In this document: positions 28,495 through 38,148 of the stretch, piece after piece
Position numbering within the stretch: the first letter of the stretch is position 1
Layout: each line of letters starts with the position of its first letter
Assembly (NCBI GenBank): GCA_018060985.1
Contig: JAGOUZ010000001.1
Location: 21,057-85,056 of the forward strand
Direction: 5' to 3'
DNA length: 64,000 nucleotides
DNA from: Minisyncoccota bacterium
Lineage (GTDB): Bacteria > Patescibacteriota > Minisyncoccia > Phycocordibacterales > SBAW01
Notes under the pieces: generated by a model
Told to the model about the DNA's origin: nothing
Database searches by the model: none
Seen by the model: the letters and a program-made list of their open reading frames with translations, nothing else
Translations under genes and position numbers: made by a program

Positions 28495-29910
28495 TTACGG
28501 AAGTGCGGAAACAAATGTCGAGAGTGAGGCTGCGTCAGAGTTAACGCGCCAATCGCGTTCTTTGTTCTGGTTGAACCAGAGCCAACCCTTCACTTCTGGA
28601 TACTTGTAGAGCTGCACCGTAAGGAAGTCTTTAATCCAAGCTGCCTTGCCAGTACCAGCGGCCGTGGCCATAGAGAACAAGTAGATTGGCTTCTTGTACG
28701 TCTTAAGCTTGGCAAGAGGACCATCGAGTAATTGCGAGGGTGACCGCTCTTCCGTGCCGCCACCGAAGTTAAAGGCATCAATCCCAACATAATCCACCAC
28801 GTCATCTCCCGGGTAAGCCAGTTCAAACTGGTTAGCTGGCGTGTTTGGTACCGAGCCCGCATTTGGTGCCCATCCAAACTTTACATTCGGCACATCCTTG
28901 AAGAAGTTATGGATGTAGCGATACGCAGCTTTATGTTTTTCTGCTGTATTGGTGCCAATAGTAATGCCCCATGGATACCAGTTGCCATTAAACTCTGAGT
29001 ACGGAATAAGAATGACCGGACCACCGTATGCCTTAGCCCCCTCGGCAAACGTCTTAAAGTAACTATCGAGTTTACCGGCAAGCACCGAGTCATACGAGTA
29101 TTCTGGCTGAGAGAATGCATCGCGCTTAAAGTCGCTAGCCTCCCAGAACAGCACCATCGTTCTCCCCTGGTCGCGGATGCGCCCTGCATAGTACGAAGGG
29201 AACGTGGTTTCATTGCCCCAGTGTACGAACACCATTTCCATCTCAGGCTTCTTTTTTGTAAGGGCCTCAAACTCGGTCATAGACGAGGCGTGCCAACCTG
29301 TATACGCGCCCCACTTCACTCCTGCCGGCATCTTGCCTGTACTGCTTGCCACTGATGTGGAAGTAGTTGCAACGGGCGTTACTGGCGGCTTAACCGGTGT
29401 CGTCGTAGCGGTTGAGGTTGCTACAGGCGGCTTCGGTGATACGACAGGCGTTGTCGTAGCCGGTTTAGTTGAAGGCGTGGTTGTTGCAACAGGAGCCGGC
29501 GCTGTTGGTGCTGGTGCAGGTTTTGTTCTGCATTCAGGAACGGCAACAGAGACCTCGGTCGAGTACACGAGACTTCCTTCTTTCTGCGCAATAATTCGAT
29601 ACTGAAACTTCATCGCGCCGTAGTCGCTCTTGAAGCGCTTATCTACATGCGATGTTGTTTTGATCTGACTATCAAGAATGCCGGACCACGGCGCGCTCGC
29701 TACATTCTTTCGTTGAATTTTATAATAGAGGGCTTTATCTACCGAACCCCAAGACAAACTAACTTGTGGTAAACCATTTACACATTGCACTGTTGCTTGA
29801 TTCTGCGTGAACGTCTGCGGTGTTTCGACTCCCAGGGCTTTATCTGCGTTACTGAATAATCCGAAAACAATACCAATAAATCCTACCGTAATCAGTAATT
29901 TCTGTATCAC
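28495..29910 (-). CDS. secreted clan GH-A glycoside hydrolase (GH26/GH5-like) with Thr/Pro-rich linker and N-terminal beta-sandwich
   Basis: signal peptide; (beta/alpha)8-type motifs incl. VHWGNE; long PT-rich linker. Confidence 0.5.
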   Translation of the reverse strand: MIQKLLITVGFIGIVFGLFSNADKALGVETPQTFTQNQATVQCVNGLPQVSLSWGSVDKALYYKIQRKNVASAPWSGILDSQIKTTSHVDKRFKSDYGAMKFQYRIIAQKEGSLVYSTEVSVAVPECRTKPAPAPTAPAPVATTTPSTKPATTTPVVSPKPPVATSTATTTPVKPPVTPVATTSTSVASSTGKMPAGVKWGAYTGWHASSMTEFEALTKKKPEMEMVFVHWGNETTFPSYYAGRIRDQGRTMVLFWEASDFKRDAFSQPEYSYDSVLAGKLDSYFKTFAEGAKAYGGPVILIPYSEFNGNWYPWGITIGTNTAEKHKAAYRYIHNFFKDVPNVKFGWAPNAGSVPNTPANQFELAYPGDDVVDYVGIDAFNFGGGTEERSPSQLLDGPLAKLKTYKKPIYLFSMATAAGTGKAAWIKDFLTVQLYKYPEVKGWLWFNQNKERDWRVNSDAASLSTFVSALP

Positions 29911-29959
29911 CTATAGATAATCCCCTATTGCCGAACGCCTGACAACCCTAGACAATGAA

Positions 29960-32900
29960 CTAATTCATTGATGCAACACCCTCTTGCACTGTAATAACGT
30001 TAATTGGCACGGTTTTTATATAATTCACAGTTGTCTGAAGAAAGGCCGGTGTAGCAGTAAGTGGATCTGTAGACAAATCTGTATCTATCTGGTGGAACAT
30101 GAGGATGAGCCATGTCTTATCTGCCATTGCCTGCTCTACCCATCCCTGCACATCTTCGAGGGTCGTAGTGGTATTTATCTGCTGAATTTTAAGCGCGTAC
30201 TTGTCGGTCGTCTTAGTGTTGTATCCACGCTCAACGCCGCGTGCAGCGATATAGCCACCATTGCGAGTTACGTTTTGAACATCTTGATCGTACTCTCCGT
30301 ACGGATATGCGATTGTCGTTACTGAGTCAACGCCCATGGCAAGAATGTCTGTGCGAGAATTTACGATTTCATCAATTTTCTCTTCCTGTGTAAGAAGCGG
30401 CAAGTGTGCGTGGGTCTTAGTGTGACCGCCTATCTCATGACCATTCGCTTCCATCTCAAGAACTTGCGACTGGCTCATAAAGGTCTGCTCGGTCTTGAGC
30501 GAGTAGTTATCAACCGTGAGCGAGCCGACAGCTGCAAGTGAGTGGAACATGGTCATTGAGATTGCTCCTACAGGCGGTGTAACTGTGCGGGTAAGGGTTT
30601 GCCAAGTACCATCCGTTGATGGCAACCATGCCAAGAATACGTATTGAGTCGTGCCGTCACTCATGGTGTAGCGCATCAAGGTCTCTGACGGCGCAGTTGT
30701 TTTATATTGATCAGAAATGGTGTAAACATGGCCCTCTACTATCGGCACATCAGCAAAGAACCACTTAGCGTCGCCGTTCGTATAGCTAGACATTTCGATC
30801 TGCGCAGCACTTACACCATTTACGCCTTCTGCTGGGTAGGTAAACACGGTGGTGTTAGTGCCCCAGTTACCACGAGACCAATTGAGTGGATTGCTACCGG
30901 TGCCAAAAGTCTCAAGTGATGGGTTCTGTATAAGTTCGTCTGAAGCTCCCTGCAAGACTTCATTGCTGGTGATATAAAAGACGCCCTTAAGGTTGCCTGA
31001 GTTTAGGATCGGGTATGCCTGGCTGTAATGTGAGTACCAACCGTCATCGAACGTAAATGAGATCATGCCCGAATTGAATGTTCCTTCAAGACCCGCTGTA
31101 AGCGCGTAGTCATCGACTTCAAGCCAACCGACTTTGTTCATGCTGTGGAATAGTGTCATGGACACAACGCCAGTTGGGATAACGAGTACATGTGCATCTG
31201 CCACCCACTCTGCAGAAGCAGCCGGATCGCCGAGACCGATGTATACAACGCTGCCATCAGTCTTGGTATAACGGACCGTAAGATTGGTCGATACGCTTGA
31301 TTTATATTTGTGTCTAAGGGTATACGTCTTTCCGGCGGTTACTGGAGCGTCCGTAAAGTACCACTTAGCATCGCCGTTGGTGTAGCTGGTGAGCTCGATG
31401 CGAGCACCCTTAGCTCCATCTACGCCCGCTACCGGATAGGTAAAAACAGGAGTGTTAGTACCCCAGGCGCTGCGTGCCCAGTTTTGAGGATTGCCGCCGG
31501 TTCCTGCTGTCTCCAGCGATGCGTTTGGTATAAGGTTTGAGACAGAAACCTGGTTATTTACTTCGACATTCACCGTGGCAGATGGGGTGATATTTCCTGC
31601 ATGGTCTTCTGCGCGGGCACTCAAGGCATGAGAGCCGTTGGCAACTGTTTTAGTGTCCCACGTAAAGTCATAGGGAGCCGCCGTATCTACGACGCCTATT
31701 GGAGTACCGTCGAGGAGCAGAGTTACACCGGTCACACCGACATTGTCTGCTGCAGTTACTGAAACCGTAGTAGTACCCACGAGCGTGGCGCCTTCTGCCG
31801 GAGATGCGATAGAAACGGTCGGCGCTTCGGTATCGGCAGTAGCGGTTGGATCAGCAAGTACAAAGTCATCAACTTCAAGGAAGCCAACTGAGTGCACCAC
31901 ATGAAAGACCGTGAGTGACACCGCGTTAAGAGGAGCAGTTATGGAGTATGCATTTTGAGACCATGTAGCAGATGCGGGAGCATTACCCAAAAACTGATAT
32001 TGTGTTGCGCCACCCGTGAGCGTGTAGCGCGCAAGCACCTCTGTGGTCGTATTGCTTCTATAGACGTGATCAAACGAGTAGGTCTTGCCGCCAGTTACCG
32101 GAACTTCAGCAAAGTACCACTTTGCATCGCCGTTGGTATAGCTCGTAATTTCTACACGTGCTGACTTAGCAGACGTTGGACCAGCTACTGGGTAGGTAAA
32201 GGCGCGGTTGTTGGTGCCCCATCCGCCGCGGAGCCATGAAGTCGGGTCGCCGGAAACAGCTGCGGATTCAAGTGACGGGTTAACGATGAGGTTTGAGTTC
32301 GTTGGAGGGGTTACTGAGTTGTCTACGTTAACCGTTATGGTGTGTGTTGAATTGTTGCCTGACGGATCGTGCGTCGTTGCCTTAATAGTGTGAGAACCAT
32401 TTCCAACGGTAGTCGTATCAAAATTATAGAGATATGGTGCATCGTGGATCTGTCCAGTTACTGGAATGCCGTCTACCGCATAGAAGATATACGTAACGGC
32501 TGTGTCGTCAGTAGAAGACGCCGTAATGCCAACGGTGCCATGAATGGTCTGGCCAGCGAGCGGATTAGTGATCTCTACAATCGGCGTATTGGTTTCTGAC
32601 GGAGTGCCGGAACCAGAGACGTACATTTGAGCATCATCGATTTCGATATAGCCAACTGCACTGATGAGGTGGAAGAACGTAACGTGAGTTGCGTTAGCTG
32701 GCGGCGTAAAGGTATGCGAAACGGTATTCCAAGTCGTTGATGGCTGAATTTCTTTTACGAGTCCAAAGTAGTGGAAGCTACCGTCGGCAAGAGTGTACTG
32801 ACCGATGATGTCGGAAATGGTGTTTGAGCGGTAGTGGTCAGAATAGGTGTACTGCGTACCTGGAGTTACAGCAATTTTAGTAAAGGCCCATTTTGCATCG

Positions 32901-35674
32901 CCGGTGCCAGTCGGAGGGGTCGGATATGCCGTGATGTTAGTGCGAAGTGCCTTGCCGCCGTTGTAGCCAGTAATTGGGTACTCATATGAGCGAGTATGAT
33001 TACCCCAACCACCCTGAGTCCAGCCTTGTGGTGCAGTACCCACTTGGGTCTCCATGTCCCCGTTTTGAATAAGATTTGTTGGAGTAGCTTGATTAGACAC
33101 AGTAACGGTAATTTGCGGAGCAGTACCAGTGTTGCCTGCAATGTCGCGTGCGCGTGCAGAAATAGTGTGGGTACCATTTGTAAGAGTCGTGGTATTCCAC
33201 GCAAATTCATACGGAGCCACGGTGTCTTCGGCGCCTACATCTGTACCATCAACAACAAGCGTGACACCAGCAACGCCGCCAGAGTCCCCTGCAGTAACGG
33301 CAACGGTCGTCGTGGTGCTTACAGTGCTTCCGTTAACTGGAGAATCAATAACAAGAAGAGGCGCCGTAGTATCTACGCTATTGTCGATATGTGTAATTGA
33401 AAAGTTGTCGGTGGTGAGTGAGCCAACTGCGTAGATTTCATGCCAAACGGTGAGAGATTCTACCCCAGCTGGAATAGTGACCGTTCTTTCAATTTTGGTT
33501 GGCGTGCCAACCGCAGGAACAGCACCGAGGTCGAGGTACTGGTACGTACCATTAGAGAGGCCGAGCTGCGCGTAAATCGACGTAACCACCGTTGCGGTGT
33601 AGTACTCGGTGTACACATATTGCGCTCCCGGAATAACGCTTATGGGGCTGAAGTACCACTTAGCGTTTCCGTCCACGTGATAATCCATGCTGAGTTGGAG
33701 GCCCTTAGAGCCTTCAAAGCCGGTGACCGGATACGTAAAGGTAGGATTGTTGAGACCAAAGTTTCCGCGAAGCCAGTTGAGTGGGTTGCCGCCAGGACCG
33801 TCTGCAGGAATTTCAACTGACGGGTTCTGAATAAGATTTCCCTGAACACCTGAACCGTTGTCGAGGTACAGGTTGGTGCTTGCAGTGCTAATGAGGCCTG
33901 CTGAGTCGGTTACCGTGAGAATAATTTCTGTGTATACGTCTGCTGAGCTGTGGTCAGGCGCAATAAACCAAGGATTTTTTGTATTAGTAAAATCCTGCTC
34001 AATGTGAGTATGGGTGTTGTGATGGAGAATTACCTGCCAATGAAATGCTGACGCTGGAAGAGTGCCGTCTTCACTGTCTACACCTGTACCCGTAAGCTGG
34101 ATAACATCGTTCGGCGTGTAAAGTGAGCCTGATGCCGGGCTTGTAATAGATGCGGTCGGCGCCTGATTACCGGCTGTAATCGTGATCGTCTTTGATGCCG
34201 ATGCGCCATGCGCATCAGTGAGCTTCATCACAACATTGTAGGTGCCGTTGGTAGCAAATGTATGGGATGGATTTGCCGTGTTCGAGAATGATCCGTCGTC
34301 AAAATTCCACTCGTAAGTAAGCGCATCGTTGTCCGGGTCGTATGAACCGAAGCTCGTAAATGACACCTGGAGCGGCGTAAGACCAGAAGTCGGATTACCG
34401 GAGATCTCAACAATCGGACGACGGTTACCAGTCGTGTGGGTGATGCGGTTCAACTCGCCCGTGTAAATAGAAAGGTAGTACACATTACCATCGGGACCAG
34501 TCGTTATATCCACCGGACCATCAGGGTTGTCCATAAAGTCATGCACGGAAACAAAGTTGCCGTTTTGGTCGAGCACTATGCGCTTGATCCAGTTCTGAGC
34601 GTAGTCACCAAAAAACAGGCTTGTGTCGTATGTGTCTGGATACGCATCGTTGCTTGGGAATGCACCTGCAGTTACTGAGCCCGCGCCAAACTGGTTGTGC
34701 GGATAGTCGTAGAGCGGAGTCGTGTTAGACGAGGTACAGCCGTGAGAGGTAAGACCGGTACCTTCCCAACATGGCCAGCCGTAGTTTGCACCAGCAACTA
34801 CTTTATTTATTTCCTCACGATTGCTCCAGCCCACATCGCCAGCAAACAAGGTGCCTGTAGTAGGATTAAAGTTAAAGCGGAATGAGTTACGTACGCCAAG
34901 GGCAAATACTTTAGAGCGGTTTGAGTTCGTACCATCATAAAATGGGTTTGCATCTTCTGCAGGACCATTTGTTGGTGCAGTGCCGTCACGGTCAATGCGG
35001 AGCACCTTGCCTGCAAGTGAATTTAGATCCTGTGCGCGGAGCGAACGTGGGTCCGCATAGTCAAAGTTTGCGCCGTCGCCCAAGGTTGCGTAGAGCATGC
35101 CATCTGGTCCAAAGCGAAGACCTCCAACACTGTGACTTGGAGAGTCCGAAGGAATGCAGTCTGCAGTAACTGGATAGTCCTCGCAAGACGGTGTTGCTGC
35201 ATTACCGCCAACGGTACCAACAAGGATCACCTTGCTTGACTCAAGGGCTGTATCTCCTACTACGGTAACGCGCACGATGCGGCCTGTCTTTTCGCCGCCG
35301 ACGTCAGTACCTGGGGTGTTTTCAAATGTGTATGACAAATAGAGATACCCTGTTTCAGAAAAGTTCGGATCAGCAGCAATGCCAAGAAGGCCGCGGTCGC
35401 CGAAGGTGTTGATGTCAGAAAGCCCTATAACTGGCGTCGGAAGCAGTACGCCGTTTTTAACTACCCGAACGGTGCCGCCTTTTTCTGCAATAAAGATGCG
35501 GCCGTCGTTGGCAAAGGTCATCGCGGTAGGAATAGTCAAACCCCCTACGACGGTCTCTGTCTCAAAGCCCGGCTCACTTATAGCAGCCTGTGCTACGTTA
35601 GAAGGCAAAAGGCCCGTTATGATAACGAGTGAGAAGAACGTTCCGGTGACGAATTTTTGAATAGAAGTGTTCAT
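29960..35674 (-). CDS. giant multidomain surface protein (1904 aa): signal peptide, PQQ-dependent sugar dehydrogenase-like beta-propeller, PKD, 5x CBM4_9-like modules alternating with 4x Ig-like domains, C-terminal polysaccharide deacetylase (NodB) domain split by a CBM insertion
   Basis: uninterrupted 5.7-kb ORF; propeller motifs; PKD (TYEWNFDDGS); recurring CBM starts such as NLIQNGDMETQVGTAPQGWTQGGWG, each with a GDAKWYF-type motif; NodB motifs TFDDG ... HTKTH ... YPYG ... LxH with about 170 aa inserted between MT1 and MT2. Confidence 0.85.
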   Translation of the reverse strand: MNTSIQKFVTGTFFSLVIITGLLPSNVAQAAISEPGFETETVVGGLTIPTAMTFANDGRIFIAEKGGTVRVVKNGVLLPTPVIGLSDINTFGDRGLLGIAADPNFSETGYLYLSYTFENTPGTDVGGEKTGRIVRVTVVGDTALESSKVILVGTVGGNAATPSCEDYPVTADCIPSDSPSHSVGGLRFGPDGMLYATLGDGANFDYADPRSLRAQDLNSLAGKVLRIDRDGTAPTNGPAEDANPFYDGTNSNRSKVFALGVRNSFRFNFNPTTGTLFAGDVGWSNREEINKVVAGANYGWPCWEGTGLTSHGCTSSNTTPLYDYPHNQFGAGSVTAGAFPSNDAYPDTYDTSLFFGDYAQNWIKRIVLDQNGNFVSVHDFMDNPDGPVDITTGPDGNVYYLSIYTGELNRITHTTGNRRPIVEISGNPTSGLTPLQVSFTSFGSYDPDNDALTYEWNFDDGSFSNTANPSHTFATNGTYNVVMKLTDAHGASASKTITITAGNQAPTASITSPASGSLYTPNDVIQLTGTGVDSEDGTLPASAFHWQVILHHNTHTHIEQDFTNTKNPWFIAPDHSSADVYTEIILTVTDSAGLISTASTNLYLDNGSGVQGNLIQNPSVEIPADGPGGNPLNWLRGNFGLNNPTFTYPVTGFEGSKGLQLSMDYHVDGNAKWYFSPISVIPGAQYVYTEYYTATVVTSIYAQLGLSNGTYQYLDLGAVPAVGTPTKIERTVTIPAGVESLTVWHEIYAVGSLTTDNFSITHIDNSVDTTAPLLVIDSPVNGSTVSTTTTVAVTAGDSGGVAGVTLVVDGTDVGAEDTVAPYEFAWNTTTLTNGTHTISARARDIAGNTGTAPQITVTVSNQATPTNLIQNGDMETQVGTAPQGWTQGGWGNHTRSYEYPITGYNGGKALRTNITAYPTPPTGTGDAKWAFTKIAVTPGTQYTYSDHYRSNTISDIIGQYTLADGSFHYFGLVKEIQPSTTWNTVSHTFTPPANATHVTFFHLISAVGYIEIDDAQMYVSGSGTPSETNTPIVEITNPLAGQTIHGTVGITASSTDDTAVTYIFYAVDGIPVTGQIHDAPYLYNFDTTTVGNGSHTIKATTHDPSGNNSTHTITVNVDNSVTPPTNSNLIVNPSLESAAVSGDPTSWLRGGWGTNNRAFTYPVAGPTSAKSARVEITSYTNGDAKWYFAEVPVTGGKTYSFDHVYRSNTTTEVLARYTLTGGATQYQFLGNAPASATWSQNAYSITAPLNAVSLTVFHVVHSVGFLEVDDFVLADPTATADTEAPTVSIASPAEGATLVGTTTVSVTAADNVGVTGVTLLLDGTPIGVVDTAAPYDFTWDTKTVANGSHALSARAEDHAGNITPSATVNVEVNNQVSVSNLIPNASLETAGTGGNPQNWARSAWGTNTPVFTYPVAGVDGAKGARIELTSYTNGDAKWYFTDAPVTAGKTYTLRHKYKSSVSTNLTVRYTKTDGSVVYIGLGDPAASAEWVADAHVLVIPTGVVSMTLFHSMNKVGWLEVDDYALTAGLEGTFNSGMISFTFDDGWYSHYSQAYPILNSGNLKGVFYITSNEVLQGASDELIQNPSLETFGTGSNPLNWSRGNWGTNTTVFTYPAEGVNGVSAAQIEMSSYTNGDAKWFFADVPIVEGHVYTISDQYKTTAPSETLMRYTMSDGTTQYVFLAWLPSTDGTWQTLTRTVTPPVGAISMTMFHSLAAVGSLTVDNYSLKTEQTFMSQSQVLEMEANGHEIGGHTKTHAHLPLLTQEEKIDEIVNSRTDILAMGVDSVTTIAYPYGEYDQDVQNVTRNGGYIAARGVERGYNTKTTDKYALKIQQINTTTTLEDVQGWVEQAMADKTWLILMFHQIDTDLSTDPLTATPAFLQTTVNYIKTVPINVITVQEGVASMN
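30424..33817 (-). repeat. five diverged tandem module repeats (about 600-770 bp period) inside the giant gene
   Basis: nucleotide motif ccactt(a/t)gc(g/a)tcgccgtt recurs at about 30761, 31361, 32117, 32887, 33656 (encodes GDAKW(Y/A)F). Confidence 0.6.
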
Positions 35675-35680
35675 ACTGTA

Positions 35681-36007
35681 TTAGTGGCCGACGTATACAA
35701 TCTCAGTGCTGCTAATCAAGTCCTCCACTGCCTGACCGATATATGAGTACGAATGCGTGATGTAGTCGGCGTTTGAGGTGTCGTTCACTGCTTCCTGGAC
35801 GATGTAGATAGCGGTTGATGCGGTAAAGATAAAAAAGCCGCCGATCATAGTGAAGGCGAAGATAGCAGAAAGAGACTCATTAAACGTAAGAATCTTTGTG
35901 AAGAATGAGCGAACCGGTGTCGTATATACGGGGTTTATAAGGGAAAGAACCGACCCAACAAGGACGATACTGACGCTTATAAGAAATGAGATTCCTGAAA
36001 ATGGCAT
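35681..36007 (-). CDS. small polytopic membrane protein, candidate IcaD/PgaD-like synthase partner
   Basis: 108 aa, 2-3 TM helices, stop-start abutting the GT2 gene (36007/36009). Confidence 0.5.
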   Translation of the reverse strand: MPFSGISFLISVSIVLVGSVLSLINPVYTTPVRSFFTKILTFNESLSAIFAFTMIGGFFIFTASTAIYIVQEAVNDTSNADYITHSYSYIGQAVEDLISSTEIVYVGH

Positions 36008-36008
36008 A

Positions 36009-37049
36009 TTATGAAAGTATCTTGCGACGCTCTGGGTGGAACCAAACCATGTTCTTCTTGCGTAGCACTACCTCTTTAACGAACTGCTCGAGAAACACGT
36101 AAGCGTTTACGAAGAGAAGGACGATATAGGTCGGAGAGTACAGAAGTAGATCCCAACGTTTGCGGGCAATAGCGCCATACACGCCAAGCGTAAGGAGGAA
36201 GGCGAAGTACGGAACAACAAAGTAGAAAAAGAGAACGATGTTAAGGAACGGCATAAGGAAGAGGAGGCCTGCAAAGAAAAAGCCTTCAATATAGATAAGG
36301 GCAAAGGTAAAAGCGTTTGCCGGGTTCTGGAGCACGCGGAAGTGCTTGCGGAGGTTCTGCCAACCGCCGCAGTACCAGCGACGCATCTGGTTAATGTATG
36401 AAGAAAGAGTAGCGGGGTCCTGGGTATATACAATCGCCTTGCGATCATAAATAATCTTCTGCTCCTGAGCATGCAGCTTGTAGGTAAGGTCGAGATCTTC
36501 TGTAAGGGTGTCGTGATCGAAAGTAATCACAGAGCGGAAAAGTTCGGTGCGGAATGCACCGGCGCAACCTGGGATCACGAAGATAGCGTGGAGAAACGCT
36601 TGAGCTTGTTTGTAGAGGTCCTGACCAAGAAGATAGTCGAGCTCGCGACATGCAGTAAGCCAGTTGTGAGAGAGACTCTTTACATAGCCGCCCATTGCGG
36701 CAACTTCAGGATCTTGGAAGTCGATTTCAACGCGCTCAATAAAGTGACGGTCAATAATAGTATCGCCATCGGTTGCAACAACCACTTCGCTAGAAATGTG
36801 CTGTAAGCCGATCTGCTGCGCATGACTTTTGTTGCCGGTTGCAACCGGAATAGTGACAACTTTAATTTTATTACCAAAAGTTTTAAGCACGTCAGCCGTC
36901 TTGTCGGTTGATCCGTCGTTAATGACAACGACCTCATCAGCAGGACGAGTCTGATCGAGACATGACTGAACACAAGCCGCAACAGATTTTTCCTCGTTGT
37001 GGCAAGGGATAAGTATCGAAATAGTTATATTTTTAGGGCTTTTTACCAT
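36009..37049 (-). CDS. processive family-2 glycosyltransferase (IcaA/PgaC/NodC/cellulose-synthase-like)
   Basis: D (DGSTD), DxD (DGD), GxxxFR, TED and Q(R)xRW (QMRRW) motifs; C-terminal TM helices. Confidence 0.85.
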   Translation of the reverse strand: MVKSPKNITISILIPCHNEEKSVAACVQSCLDQTRPADEVVVINDGSTDKTADVLKTFGNKIKVVTIPVATGNKSHAQQIGLQHISSEVVVATDGDTIIDRHFIERVEIDFQDPEVAAMGGYVKSLSHNWLTACRELDYLLGQDLYKQAQAFLHAIFVIPGCAGAFRTELFRSVITFDHDTLTEDLDLTYKLHAQEQKIIYDRKAIVYTQDPATLSSYINQMRRWYCGGWQNLRKHFRVLQNPANAFTFALIYIEGFFFAGLLFLMPFLNIVLFFYFVVPYFAFLLTLGVYGAIARKRWDLLLYSPTYIVLLFVNAYVFLEQFVKEVVLRKKNMVWFHPERRKILS

Positions 37050-37208
37050 AGAAACGAGCTCACGCGATTAGTGAGCTCTGGGGTATATATAACATGCTAT
37101 GTATTGCATGTCAATATTGCGTGTTCCTTAATCAAATGTTGTTGACATATATAGATATTTTGTGTGATTACCTTCAATTTAAAAAACATGCATCGAGTGC
37201 GGATTTTA

Positions 37209-37236
37209 TTGACACAAAACACTCGAAGCATATAGT
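37209..37236 (+). promoter_or_regulatory. sigma70-like promoter TTGACA-N16-TATAGT
   Basis: in AT-rich divergent intergenic region, followed by GAGGAG RBS and ATG 37279. Confidence 0.35.
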
Positions 37237-37278
37237 ACCGAGAGGAGTACTGAGCTAACCCAACTGAGGAGACGGACC

Positions 37279-38085
37279 ATGCGTGCAATTCTCGCTGCGC
37301 TTTTTTTCTGCCTCGCAACTTCTGCAAAGGCCTTCGGCCCCGAGTGCGCGACAGACCCCCTGCCCCACCTGCTGCGCACGACCGTGATGCTCGAGCGCAT
37401 GTTCGACGAAGACGAGCGATACTTCGATCAAAAAGAATTTAAGTGGGTCGAAGGCATCCAGGGCACGGCGTGGTTTGTCGACAAGCAGACCATCGCTACG
37501 ATCGGCCATGTTGCCACGAGCGCAAAGCTGGATGGCAGCTGGAAGGAAGTGACACTTGCCTGGAGTGACGGCAAGGACGAGGAGACCTCGCTTGCACTGC
37601 AGGTTCACGTGCAGCTCAAGGACATCATCGTCGGCCCCGAAAACTTGGAGCCGATCATGACACTGGAACTTGAAATCCCCATCGACGACGCCTTTGTGGC
37701 CCCCATTCGCTACACACCACTCCAGAACAAAGAGGCGGTGGTGGGGCTAGGGTATCGAGATGGAGCACTCCGGTTCGCCCACGGGTACCTTAACTATCCG
37801 AAGCCGAGCAGCGAACCTTCTGACAGCGATCCACCGCCCAAGCCCTACCTGCCGTTCGAGCTCTTTGATGCAGACGAAAGCAAGAACGACCGGTACGTGT
37901 TTGACCACGGCGCGTCGGGGTCTCCGCTCTTTGACTGCGATGGCAATGTGGTGGCAGTTGTGCAGGCCATGATGGAGTGGCCCTTCCCTGCCGGAAAGGT
38001 TTTTGGCAGAACCACTACCACGTCCGCATGGGGCGACGCCAACATGACCGGCGTCTCAACCGCAAACATGGGCAAGCAGAAGTAA
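37279..38085 (+). CDS. secreted trypsin-like (S1/PA clan) peptidase-domain protein, GC-rich
   Basis: signal peptide MRAILAALFFCLATSAKAF; His region TIGHVAT; GDSGGP-equivalent GASGSPLFDC; GC about 58% with GC-rich third positions. Confidence 0.55.
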   Translation: MRAILAALFFCLATSAKAFGPECATDPLPHLLRTTVMLERMFDEDERYFDQKEFKWVEGIQGTAWFVDKQTIATIGHVATSAKLDGSWKEVTLAWSDGKDEETSLALQVHVQLKDIIVGPENLEPIMTLELEIPIDDAFVAPIRYTPLQNKEAVVGLGYRDGALRFAHGYLNYPKPSSEPSDSDPPPKPYLPFELFDADESKNDRYVFDHGASGSPLFDCDGNVVAVVQAMMEWPFPAGKVFGRTTTTSAWGDANMTGVSTANMGKQK

Positions 38086-38100
38086 TCGTGCCAATACGAA

Positions 38101-38131
38101 AGGCCGCCCGAGGATACGGGCGGCCTTTTTC
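38101..38131 (+). terminator. rho-independent terminator
   Basis: aaggccgcccgaggatacgggcggcctt + tttctatt. Confidence 0.6.
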
Positions 38132-38148
38132 TATTCTTTATATATGTA

